Shown here piece after piece: positions 9,995 to 18,768 of a DNA stretch of 64,000 bases. The stretch lies in the sequence record OQ850288; one strand, written 5' to 3'. This stretch comes from Escherichia phage vB_EcoM_ULIM9. The notes under the pieces are model-generated. The model ran no database searches, was not told the origin of the DNA, and saw nothing but the letters and a program-made list of their open reading frames with translations. How positions within the stretch are numbered: the stretch's first letter is position 1; each line of letters begins with the position of its first letter. The position numbers and the translations under genes were made by a program.

Positions 9995-10417
9995 TTATTT
10001 CTCTCTCAGTTGGTTAAGTTTCTTTCTAGAACATTTTAAGTTTTCAGATGAAGAAAAGTCAAGTGTCTTTTCAGAACGTGGATAATAGTGCCTATCCCAA
10101 GAAGTTTCAACATCGTTAATCAGTGACGCTAGATTACACAGGTCTGTACCACTTTGCAACTTCTTTTTAAGAGAATCTAGTAAAGCAACTGTGTCTTTAG
10201 CTTTACGTCTCGCTGTAGCAACATCTTTCATATGCTCAAATACAGAGCATTTTAAGTCATCTTCATAGTTTTCAGACAACTCTATTTCATGTTGTATATC
10301 AACCATTCTCCTGTGATGGTGAGCATATTCCCGTTGAGCAGCAATGTCAAGTTCTTCCAACTTCTGCAAAGCTCTAACAAAGTCAGCTATGTCTGGGTGA
10401 ACAAACATTTTCTGCAT
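9995..10417 (-). CDS. hypothetical protein (140 aa)
   Basis: ORF track; first gene of the minus-strand block at a divergent promoter region. Confidence 0.5.
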   Translation of the reverse strand: MQKMFVHPDIADFVRALQKLEELDIAAQREYAHHHRRMVDIQHEIELSENYEDDLKCSVFEHMKDVATARRKAKDTVALLDSLKKKLQSGTDLCNLASLINDVETSWDRHYYPRSEKTLDFSSSENLKCSRKKLNQLREK

Positions 10418-10674
10418 GTAAGCCTCTTTTAAGTAACTATTAAGTTTTAATCTTTTATCTTAACGTATTCTATACGTTATACTTTAAAGCTTTTTAAAAG
10501 CTATTAAATAATCTTTTAAGAGTTTTAAAGTATCTGTATAGTTAAACTGTTAAGTAACCTTTTAAGTAAAAACCCACTTCGCAAAGATTAACACCTTGTC
10601 AAGTACATTGTCAACTTGCTTTTTATAATTTTTTGCAGTAATGTATGAGGTTAATGATTTTAGAGGGAGTAAAA

Positions 10675-13374
10675 ATGGAAAACGTAGATTTTAAGAACTT
10701 ACATTTAGTTGGTGATACAGAAACTGATGGTTTACTCCTTGAGTTCACTAAAGTTCACGTAATGGCTTTTGCAGACTATAAATCTGACGATGAAGAGCCA
10801 CCTGTATGGGTCTTCACAGATGAGCCTATCCTCGGTCACAAGTACACTAAGTACATTAAGGGTGGTTTACGTGAAGGTGTTGAGTTTGCGTTAAAGGCAA
10901 AACGACTTTGTATCCATAATGGTCTCGGTTATGACTGGTGGGTTTTCAATCACATTGCACCGGATTTATGGAACTTTGATAATCCAAAATGTAAGCCGTG
11001 GAGTAATTTCTTTCAGGACTCTCTTATCCAGTCTCGTGTTCAGTGGATGGATAGACCAACTCCAAAGGGTTATAAAGGTGCTCATGGTTTGGCTGCATGG
11101 GGTGCTCGTGTTGGTGTTCGTAAGCCAGAGATTGAGCATTGGGGTGTGTGGAATGCAGAAATCTTCACTCGTGTTGTAGAAGATATTCGTATTAACGCCA
11201 AAACTAAACGGGCACTTGATAATGAGTATCTCAAGCTTAAGAAGTGTGGCATAGACACTTATGAAACCTACATGCGAGCTAAAGAAACATCTTTCTGGAT
11301 GAGTCAACAAGCTATCAATGGCTGGAAAGCTGATAAAGAGCTTATGGAGTTCCATGTAAAGGAACTTGACAAGTTGACTAATGAGCTTGCTTCAGAGGTT
11401 GAACCACATCTACCACCAACTATTAAGACCAAAGGTAAAGTCACTGGAGAAGAGTTTGCAAAAGCTTGGAATGAGTATGTTGAAACATTTGGTCATGCAG
11501 ATGGACTGAAAAGAATTACCAAGTACCCTAAGACAAAGTATCGTCAGCAGGTACGTAATGGTGAGATGCAGACATATGAAATCAAGCCATTTGGTAAGCC
11601 AACTACAAAGATTTTTAACATTGAAAAGAGAAATTGCTATACACCAACCAACTCTGTAACTGGTGAAGAGTACAAGGAAGGCTTTGTAGCAATGAAGGAT
11701 GCTCGTGCAATTTGCAATGAGTTGAATGCAAAGATTGGTAAGAAATGCAAAGACTGGAAGCCAGTAAAAACAGTCAAAACTGTGAAGTACTATAACAGCC
11801 ACGTTGTTAACCACTTTGAGCTTGAGTCAAGTCGCTACACAGGTTTGATTGATGCACCATATACACCAATTGAGTTTGAAGTTTCTCGTATGACTCAGGT
11901 AGCAGTTGTTAAAGACTACTTGAAATCAGTTGGTTGGATTCCAGATGACTGGAACTACAAGAAAGACTCAGACGGTCGCCCTATCAAAGTTTGTCGTTTC
12001 AAAGACAATAAAAAGATGATTACAAAACATCCTAAGTGGCAGGAAATGGTTGAGCGGTGCGGTTTGAGCTATGTTGAGCATGAAGGTGTACAGTACATTG
12101 AGCATAACTGGTCTGTTAAGAAGTACACAGACTTACTTGAACCTTGTCTGATTAGGACTTCACCAAAACTTACTGAATCATCTTATGATACGATTGAAGG
12201 TGAGCTTGGACAGAAGATTGCTAAGTACTATACTTTGATGCACCGACGCAGAACTATTGAGAACTCAAAGGATGATGAAAAAGGTTGGTTGAACCAGATT
12301 CGTCCTGATGGTCGCCTTAGTGCTGGTGCAATGGTGTTTGGTACTTCAACTGGACGTATGACACAATATGGTATTGTAAACGTACCGTCTGGTGCTGCTG
12401 TCTATGGAGCACCTATGAGGGCAGTGTGGATTTGTGAAGAGGGGACTAACATTGTTTCTGTTGACCAGAACTCAGCCCAGCTAGTTCTTCTTTGTAACTT
12501 TATGGGTGATGAAGACTTCACTAAAGCGGTAACTGAGGGTAAAGAGTCAGTAGAATTTACCAAGCAAGAAGATGGGAGATATTATTGCAAACATCTTGAT
12601 AAGTACCTTAATCCAGAAACTGATAAGTATCTTCGTTATGATGCTGAGAATGACCTCTATGAAGTCTACACAGGTACTGATGCACATACACTGAATAGTA
12701 TTTACTTTGGTCTGAACAAGGAAGAAGACATTGTTCGTTGTAGGGAGACACAGGATGAGGAACTTCTCCACGAGATTACAAAAGGTCGTAAGAAGAGCAA
12801 AAATGGCATCTACGCCCTGTTATTTGGAGCCGGAGACGAGAAGTTTGCAAAAACTATCAAGGCATCATCTACGGAAGAAGGTGCATTGACTAAACAAACT
12901 TACTATATGCGTCTGCCAAAGATTAAGAAGTTGCTTGATAGCTTAGAAGCCGATTTTAAGGCGTCTAAAAAGGCTCTGGAAGAGGTTTTTGGGAAGAATT
13001 CTTCAATTGCTAAAGGTGGTTATATCAGGGTCGCTGGAGCATGGATATGGTGCAAATCTCCACATAAACTACTGAACTACCTCCTGATGAGTTCGGAAGC
13101 ACAGATTCAGAATGAGGCCATCAACCTAGCAGCAAGAAAAGCCTGTGAAGATGGCCTGACAAAACTGAATGCTCGAAAACCAGCTATCGGAGCAAGGTTA
13201 CTTCTGGCATATCACGATGAAAATAGTTGGGAATGCCCAGAGGGTATGACACATGATATGAAAGCAATTGCTGACTGGATGTATGGACAAGCTTCAAAAA
13301 ACTTAGGTTTGAGGAAAGAAACACTTGTAACTGGTACAGCAAAGGTTGGTAAGAGCTGGTTGGAGGTACATTGA
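10675..13374 (+). CDS. DNA polymerase, family A (Pol I-like) with 3'-5' exonuclease domain
   Basis: ORF track frame 10645-13374; start moved to ATG 10675 (MENVDFKNL), which follows an AGGGAG Shine-Dalgarno; DTETDG exonuclease motif near N-terminus; about 900 aa. Confidence 0.85.
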   Translation: MENVDFKNLHLVGDTETDGLLLEFTKVHVMAFADYKSDDEEPPVWVFTDEPILGHKYTKYIKGGLREGVEFALKAKRLCIHNGLGYDWWVFNHIAPDLWNFDNPKCKPWSNFFQDSLIQSRVQWMDRPTPKGYKGAHGLAAWGARVGVRKPEIEHWGVWNAEIFTRVVEDIRINAKTKRALDNEYLKLKKCGIDTYETYMRAKETSFWMSQQAINGWKADKELMEFHVKELDKLTNELASEVEPHLPPTIKTKGKVTGEEFAKAWNEYVETFGHADGLKRITKYPKTKYRQQVRNGEMQTYEIKPFGKPTTKIFNIEKRNCYTPTNSVTGEEYKEGFVAMKDARAICNELNAKIGKKCKDWKPVKTVKTVKYYNSHVVNHFELESSRYTGLIDAPYTPIEFEVSRMTQVAVVKDYLKSVGWIPDDWNYKKDSDGRPIKVCRFKDNKKMITKHPKWQEMVERCGLSYVEHEGVQYIEHNWSVKKYTDLLEPCLIRTSPKLTESSYDTIEGELGQKIAKYYTLMHRRRTIENSKDDEKGWLNQIRPDGRLSAGAMVFGTSTGRMTQYGIVNVPSGAAVYGAPMRAVWICEEGTNIVSVDQNSAQLVLLCNFMGDEDFTKAVTEGKESVEFTKQEDGRYYCKHLDKYLNPETDKYLRYDAENDLYEVYTGTDAHTLNSIYFGLNKEEDIVRCRETQDEELLHEITKGRKKSKNGIYALLFGAGDEKFAKTIKASSTEEGALTKQTYYMRLPKIKKLLDSLEADFKASKKALEEVFGKNSSIAKGGYIRVAGAWIWCKSPHKLLNYLLMSSEAQIQNEAINLAARKACEDGLTKLNARKPAIGARLLLAYHDENSWECPEGMTHDMKAIADWMYGQASKNLGLRKETLVTGTAKVGKSWLEVH

Positions 13375-13377
13375 TTA

Positions 13378-13911
13378 ATGGATTTAATTTTACAAAAACG
13401 TTTAAAGGAGCTGCTGCACTATGACCCCGAAACAGGGGTCTTTACTTGGCTTCGTAGAGAAGGTAAATCAAGAGCTGTTAGTGTTTTTAACAGTAATTAT
13501 GCAGGAAAGGTGGCAGGTAATATCCAGACTGATTCAAGTGGTCATAAACAGATTAGTATCTATTTTGACAAGAAAGCACATAAAGCACACAGGCTCGCAT
13601 GGCTTTACGTGTATGGCAAGATGCCAAAAGGTATCATTGACCATATCAACGGAGACTCGCTTGACAACAGGATTGTAAACTTAAGGGAAGCAGATGATTT
13701 TCAAAGTGCTTGGAATAAAGGTAAACCAGTCACCAATAAATCTGGGTACAAGGGTGTAAGTCTTAAGAAGAAGTCTGGTAAGTGGGTCGCACAGATAAGT
13801 TATAAAGGTAAGAAGATGTTTTTAGGTCACCATGACACACCAGAAGAAGCCCATAAAGCTTACTGTGAAGCTGCTATTAAACTCCACGGAGAGTTTGCAA
13901 AACTAAGTTGA
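13378..13911 (+). CDS. HNH homing endonuclease with AP2-like domain (free-standing, directly after DNA polymerase)
   Basis: 177 aa; LHYDPETGVFTW, HNH core GIIDHINGDSLDNRIVNLR, AP2-like YKGVSLKKKSGKWVAQISYKGKK; paralog of 3291-3806. Confidence 0.8.
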   Translation: MDLILQKRLKELLHYDPETGVFTWLRREGKSRAVSVFNSNYAGKVAGNIQTDSSGHKQISIYFDKKAHKAHRLAWLYVYGKMPKGIIDHINGDSLDNRIVNLREADDFQSAWNKGKPVTNKSGYKGVSLKKKSGKWVAQISYKGKKMFLGHHDTPEEAHKAYCEAAIKLHGEFAKLS

Positions 13912-13962
13912 CAAGGTTCTCATGGAAGAGTACCTTATACTATATCTTATATAGGAGGGCTT

Positions 13963-14172
13963 ATGAGCCACCGTGGAAGAACCCATGCAGCGATGATGAA
14001 AGATGCTTCAAAGGAAACTATCAAGAACCGTAAACAGAAGTTGTTTGAGAGGATGAACAGGTTAATTGACAATTCATCTCTTTCTGGTTCTGAGAAGGTT
14101 TTCTTGAAAGGTAATCTGAAAAGCATTGCACAAGAACTTATTGACATTGAGTATTGGAGACATCAAAAATGA
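13963..14172 (+). CDS. hypothetical protein (69 aa)
   Basis: ORF track; first of four short overlapping plus-strand ORFs. Confidence 0.4.
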   Translation: MSHRGRTHAAMMKDASKETIKNRKQKLFERMNRLIDNSSLSGSEKVFLKGNLKSIAQELIDIEYWRHQK

Positions 14173-14387
14173 CACTTGCAGACGTTATTCAGCAACTTCA
14201 TGATAACTGCTATACTCCAGAGTTGATTCAGGAGATGCTTATTGTAGTGATGCCTAGTAAGTTCGTAAAAGGTTTTAATAGTGAATCTTTAAAGTCTGCG
14301 CATATCCTTATTGTTGACGGTAAGATTGCAAGAGACCGCACAGGAGTCCTTAAGGGCGAACGTATTGATATTGACTTAGTCTTTTAA
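14154..14387 (+). CDS. hypothetical protein (77 aa)
   Basis: ORF track. Confidence 0.4.
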   Translation: METSKMTLADVIQQLHDNCYTPELIQEMLIVVMPSKFVKGFNSESLKSAHILIVDGKIARDRTGVLKGERIDIDLVF

Positions 14388-14396
14388 GGGAAAACT

Positions 14397-14603
14397 ATGG
14401 AAGTCCTAGTAAACTATATCTATTGTTATGATGTTGTTCACTCCACTACAACGGTAGCTCAACGTAACCCAATCGTCCCACGAGAAGGTGAGTTTGTTCG
14501 CATTGATGGTTGGACTTACACTGTTGAAAGCATCATTCATAAGTTTGATGTTGCTGGCGATGTTCAAGTTATCGACGTAGAGATTGGTGGTAAGAGAAAA
14601 TGA
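14397..14603 (+). CDS. hypothetical protein (68 aa)
   Basis: ORF track; GGAA-type RBS upstream. Confidence 0.4.
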   Translation: MEVLVNYIYCYDVVHSTTTVAQRNPIVPREGEFVRIDGWTYTVESIIHKFDVAGDVQVIDVEIGGKRK

Positions 14604-14791
14604 ACAAAGAAGACAAGCATAAAAATGCTGTACGAACTCCTGATGGGAAGATTCAATCATTCACCCTGACAGTTGGTGGAAAGCCATTCCGTTGCCACTG
14701 CGGAGCAAACTGCTTTCATAAACCAGATAAAAATGACTTAGAGCTTTACGCATGTAATGCTTGCAATACTTGGTATCATTCAGAGGAATAA
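14600..14791 (+). CDS. small zinc-ribbon protein (63 aa)
   Basis: CHCGANC...CNACNTW four-Cys arrangement. Confidence 0.4.
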   Translation: MNKEDKHKNAVRTPDGKIQSFTLTVGGKPFRCHCGANCFHKPDKNDLELYACNACNTWYHSEE

Positions 14792-14792
14792 A

Positions 14793-15896
14793 ATGACAAC
14801 ACTGTACAAACAAAATAAAGATGGTTCCTTCAACGTCTGGTCATGTGTTGCTGTAGGTGATAAAGTTATTACAACCTATGGTAAAGAAAATGGCAAGATG
14901 ATGTTTGAAGAGTATACAGCAGAACCGAAAAACATCGGTAAAAAGAATGAGCGTAACGCTGAACAGCAAGCTCTCTTTGAAGTTGCTGCTAAGTATAAAA
15001 AGCAAGTTGACCGCAAAGGTTATGCTTACACAAAAGAATCTGCACAGAATACTGAGAAGGTAGGTGTACAGCTTGCTCATGATGCTGCAAAGGTTAGTCA
15101 TGCAAAGTATCTGAAGTTCCCTGCTGATACTCAACCAAAACTTGATGGTGTTCGTTGTAGAATTTCAAGACACTTAAGTATTGGCAGTGTATTTACAGCA
15201 TATTCTCGTGAGAACACTATTTATAAAATTCCTACTGAGCTAATACCTGACATTATGGCAATGTTAAGGCTCCATAAAGACGTTGATGAATTTGATGGTG
15301 AAATCTATGCTCATGGGTTGGACTTAGAAGATATTGTCTCCATGATTAAAAATGAAGACAATCCTGACCGACACCTACTCAAGTTTTACTGGTATGATAT
15401 CTGTGACAGTACTAAGACGTGGCCTGAGCGTAGAGATATTATTGAGACTTCACCATTGAATGACTTTAGAGACGGCTGTAAAGTTGTTCCTGTTAAGTCT
15501 CGTCGTGTAAATTCTTGGGAAGAGTTTGATGAAGCTCATGATAAGTGGGTTGAAGCTAAGTTTGAAGGTGCAATGTACCGTTCAATCTCTGAAGACTCCT
15601 TCTATGAGTGTTGTCACCGTTCATACTTCTTGATTAAACACAAGAAGATGCACACTGAAGAGTTTAAAGTGACTGGTGTCAAGACCGATAAACGTGGTCA
15701 TGGCAAGTTCGTTGTAGAGACGCTTCCTAACGTCTTTGTAGATGTTTCATGGAAAACTACCCATGAGAAGAAGCAGTATCTTGCTGAGCATCCTGAAGAG
15801 TTTATCGGGAAACCTTTAACGGTACAGTTTCAGAAGATGACTCGTAAGGGGTCTTTACAGTTCCCTGTTGGTCTCGTTATTCGAGACTACGAATAA
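14793..15896 (+). CDS. ATP-dependent DNA ligase
   Basis: Start moved from 14757 to ATG 14793 (MTTLYKQ) preceded by GAGG; adenylation motif KLDGVRC, plus FDGEIY, EGAMYR and LIKHKK motifs in ligase order. Confidence 0.8.
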   Translation: MTTLYKQNKDGSFNVWSCVAVGDKVITTYGKENGKMMFEEYTAEPKNIGKKNERNAEQQALFEVAAKYKKQVDRKGYAYTKESAQNTEKVGVQLAHDAAKVSHAKYLKFPADTQPKLDGVRCRISRHLSIGSVFTAYSRENTIYKIPTELIPDIMAMLRLHKDVDEFDGEIYAHGLDLEDIVSMIKNEDNPDRHLLKFYWYDICDSTKTWPERRDIIETSPLNDFRDGCKVVPVKSRRVNSWEEFDEAHDKWVEAKFEGAMYRSISEDSFYECCHRSYFLIKHKKMHTEEFKVTGVKTDKRGHGKFVVETLPNVFVDVSWKTTHEKKQYLAEHPEEFIGKPLTVQFQKMTRKGSLQFPVGLVIRDYE

Positions 15897-15903
15897 AAAG
15901 TTG

Positions 15904-15931
15904 TTGACATAGAAAATTTGGTGAGTATACT
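15904..15931 (+). promoter_or_regulatory. sigma70-like promoter (TTGACA-16 nt-TATACT)
   Basis: TTGACA at 15904-15909, 16-nt spacer, TATACT at 15926-15931, directly after the ligase stop. Confidence 0.45.
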
Positions 15932-16111
15932 GAGCAGCATAAACCAACGGGTACTCACCAGCATCACTTAAGAGTCTTTTAAAAGGGTTTTTAAGTGATG
16001 TTTGGTTCGGTATGGTCTAGTAGGCTCTGGTTTGGCAGGGTTTGGTGTGGTTTGGTATGGAAGGATGGCAGTAGCCTTATAAAAAATCTGCCAAATAAGC
16101 TATAAAATCTG

Positions 16112-16140
16112 TTGACAAGTCAGGTGTTATAGCTTATTTT
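16112..16140 (+). promoter_or_regulatory. sigma70-like promoter (TTGACA-17 nt-TATTTT)
   Basis: TTGACA 16112-16117, 17-nt spacer, TATTTT 16135-16140, about 45 nt upstream of ATG 16185. Confidence 0.4.
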
Positions 16141-16184
16141 TATACCCAATGTAATACAAAATTTAATATAACTTTGAGGTCATT

Positions 16185-16568
16185 ATGAAAAAGGTTTTAT
16201 TAGCTGCTGCAATGGTTATGGCAATGAACTTACCAGTCAATGCAACAGAACTTCCAAATGTGGACTTATCAGGTGTTCCAGAAGATACTTGCCAGATTGT
16301 AAAAGGTGTTGCGCTATCTAAAGGTGAGTTACTTAAACCAATCTCTGAAGAGTCTTTAACAGAGATGACTGATAAGGTGACTGACTACCAGTATCGTGTT
16401 CTTGCAGAGTATTTCCTGCAATCTGCAAATATTAAAGAGAAACACCATGATGATATTGATGTACAGGTTATGCTCAATCATCGTATCCAGTTTAAAGAAG
16501 ATTTGATGCAAAAAGCTATGTATGGTGTTGAGTATTTCTTAGAAAACAGAAGCTGCACAGGTATTTGA
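16185..16568 (+). CDS. secreted/periplasmic protein with N-terminal signal peptide
   Basis: 127 aa; MKKVLLAAAMVMAMNLPVNA followed by polar mature region. Confidence 0.5.
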   Translation: MKKVLLAAAMVMAMNLPVNATELPNVDLSGVPEDTCQIVKGVALSKGELLKPISEESLTEMTDKVTDYQYRVLAEYFLQSANIKEKHHDDIDVQVMLNHRIQFKEDLMQKAMYGVEYFLENRSCTGI

Positions 16569-16569
16569 T

Positions 16570-16782
16570 ATGGCTCTTAAAAAGTTACATCCCAGAAGCG
16601 GTTATGGTAAGATAATTGACGATACAGACGGCTTTACAGTCTTTACAGTTATCTGCCAAGATGATTCACAGATTGAAAAGGCTCTTGACGATTATCTTAA
16701 CGATGAACGTGAAAAGGTTCGGGCTACAAACATAGATTCATTGATTGACACTTCACGCAAACGGAAGAAGAAAGATGAATGA
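16570..16782 (+). CDS. hypothetical protein (70 aa)
   Basis: ORF track. Confidence 0.4.
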   Translation: MALKKLHPRSGYGKIIDDTDGFTVFTVICQDDSQIEKALDDYLNDEREKVRATNIDSLIDTSRKRKKKDE

Positions 16783-17074
16783 GGTTTTTGACCCTTATGC
16801 CCCACAAGATGATTGGGAGGCTGATAGAGAGGCTGAAATGGAGAGTTATATTTGTCCAATGGATGTAGACGAAATGAGAGACTTCGTTTCACATCGTTTT
16901 AAGAGAGAGATTAAATCCAGAGGTCTTTCTCAAGAACAAGTTGCTAAAATTTGTGGTATCTCTCAGGCTCGTGTATCCAACATAATCCACCTCACTGGGA
17001 ATGTTTCCCTTGAGTATATGTTGGAAGTATGTGAAAAATTTGGTGTTAGTTTTAATTTAAGGTTGGCAGATTAA
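16775..17074 (+). CDS. putative helix-turn-helix DNA-binding regulator
   Basis: ORF track frame 16745-17074; start moved to internal ATG 16775 (MNEVFDPY); LSQEQVAKICGISQARVSNI resembles an XRE/Cro-type HTH. Confidence 0.4.
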   Translation: MNEVFDPYAPQDDWEADREAEMESYICPMDVDEMRDFVSHRFKREIKSRGLSQEQVAKICGISQARVSNIIHLTGNVSLEYMLEVCEKFGVSFNLRLAD

Positions 17075-17075
17075 T

Positions 17076-17435
17076 ATGAAACGTGAAAACATTATCCACT
17101 CTGAAAACTTCGCATTAGGCTTTTATGGCGTACCCACTCACCTTGAAAAGTATTATGGTGTGAAGATTCTCTCCAATCTCATTATGGCTTACAAAGATGG
17201 TAAGATTAAGCATACCGAGAAGAAACGTGTCATGGGTTATATGGCTGTAGGTTCAGCAATCTCGAACATTAAGCTGGAAACAACTAGCAGTCAGGTTGTG
17301 AAAGACCACTTCATCAAAGAGCTTTACCAGAATCTTGATGGTGTAGATGTTCAGGCTGTTTGGCTGGATGTTGATGGTCATAACTACACAAGTTTCGTTT
17401 TCAAAAACGATGACATTAAGTGTTTGTTCCCATAA
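17076..17435 (+). CDS. hypothetical protein (119 aa)
   Basis: ORF track. Confidence 0.45.
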   Translation: MKRENIIHSENFALGFYGVPTHLEKYYGVKILSNLIMAYKDGKIKHTEKKRVMGYMAVGSAISNIKLETTSSQVVKDHFIKELYQNLDGVDVQAVWLDVDGHNYTSFVFKNDDIKCLFP

Positions 17436-17448
17436 TAGGTGATTAACT

Positions 17449-17964
17449 ATGATTGATATCTACTTACAAGATGCTCATGCAGATTTCCTTAAAGAGATGC
17501 TTAAAAAGTTTATGGCTTCACAGTATGAGAATGAAGCATCTTTTAAAATAGTTACATGTGGCGACGAAGCTGGTTTTGTTGAGATTGAACATGAAGGTAC
17601 TGGAAAGACTGTTTGTAAGTTACCTGATAGTATGTTCTCTAAAACGTTCTTAACAAAGACTAGTATAAATGTTAAGCTTGTACCGCAGATTGAAACATAC
17701 TCTGGTACAGATTACCCTAAAGGTTTTAAGTCACTAATGAAGTACTTCTTAGATGACTTTGTGAGTAATCTTCTGAGGGAGGTAAAAGAAAGTCGTACAG
17801 TGTTAACTGTAGAGAACATGGGAGGAACTATCAAGGTCACTTCTGACTGTTTTGTTATGAGCCTCTTCGACTTCGTTCCTAAGAACTTTGATGGTATTCT
17901 GGATGAAGAAGATGACTGTGTAGATTTTATATTGGTTCTTGAGCCAGTTTTTGAGGTTAAATAG
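17449..17964 (+). CDS. hypothetical protein (171 aa)
   Basis: ORF track. Confidence 0.45.
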   Translation: MIDIYLQDAHADFLKEMLKKFMASQYENEASFKIVTCGDEAGFVEIEHEGTGKTVCKLPDSMFSKTFLTKTSINVKLVPQIETYSGTDYPKGFKSLMKYFLDDFVSNLLREVKESRTVLTVENMGGTIKVTSDCFVMSLFDFVPKNFDGILDEEDDCVDFILVLEPVFEVK

Positions 17965-18225
17965 ATGAAAATTGAACACTGCTATGAGTCTGATGGAACA
18001 CCTATCCGATGTCCACATTGTGGGTGTACAGACTTACAAGGCGAGGTAAGTGAAATAGTCAACGGTCATATTGCTGAAGAGAGTACAAGGTGTACAGGAT
18101 GTAATGAAATCATTGCTTTCTGGGCTTATGGTTCATACCAGCCTACACCACACTTAATCTACCATAGCAATAAAGCTGTGAAGAGTGTTATCAACTGGTT
18201 CATTAAGAAAGGATTTACAAAATGA
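17965..18225 (+). CDS. small zinc-ribbon protein (86 aa)
   Basis: CPHCGC...CTGCNE four-Cys motif. Confidence 0.4.
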   Translation: MKIEHCYESDGTPIRCPHCGCTDLQGEVSEIVNGHIAEESTRCTGCNEIIAFWAYGSYQPTPHLIYHSNKAVKSVINWFIKKGFTK

Positions 18226-18767
18226 TTAAATTAATCTTTGCAAGTGGTGAAAATGGGGAGTTTGGTACTCCAACTGGTATGCCGTGGCCTCGACATAAAC
18301 AGGATATGCAAGAGTTTAAGAGACTCACTAAAGATAACTTAGTAGTAATGGGTAATGAGACTTTTAAGACTCTGGGTAGCAAACCATTACCAGAACGTAC
18401 AAACCTCGTCTTAACGAACTCTGTTCCATATTTGGGTATAGACTTTGACAAAGATGATGTAATGTATGCTAAGGCCAGTAAAGAGTCCTTTGGAGCATTT
18501 TTGAAATATCTTGATAGCTCTATTGATGAAGATGTCTTTGTAATTGGTGGTGCAGGTGTTCTTGTCAATGCTTTGCCGTATGCTGGTGTAGTTTTCCATA
18601 CAGTTTTCCATAAAGTTACTGAAGAGGCCACTGTGTATTTACCTTTTGAAAACTTCTTCGATAAACTGTATGATAGCCGTGTATTTGCAAAGGTGCAGTC
18701 AAGACCCTCAGATGATGGTAAAGCAACCTTTGAGATTTATGTTCCACAAGTAAAAGGACACTTTTGA
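18222..18767 (+). CDS. folA: dihydrofolate reductase
   Basis: 181 aa; N-terminal MIKLIFASGENGEFGTPTGMPW and VMGNETFKTLG...PLPERTNLVLT match the DHFR fold signature. Confidence 0.75.
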   Translation: MIKLIFASGENGEFGTPTGMPWPRHKQDMQEFKRLTKDNLVVMGNETFKTLGSKPLPERTNLVLTNSVPYLGIDFDKDDVMYAKASKESFGAFLKYLDSSIDEDVFVIGGAGVLVNALPYAGVVFHTVFHKVTEEATVYLPFENFFDKLYDSRVFAKVQSRPSDDGKATFEIYVPQVKGHF

Positions 18768-18768
18768 T

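Noticed and set aside
10645-10674. Upstream start (MRLMILEGVK) for the DNA polymerase
   Set aside because: The ATG at 10675 is preceded by AGGGAG at optimal spacing and begins the conserved N-terminus; the longer start has no RBS.
16020-16075. G-quadruplex in the GGTTTGG array
   Set aside because: G-runs are only two nucleotides long, so at best a weak two-tetrad structure; an iterated protein-binding site is a more economical reading.
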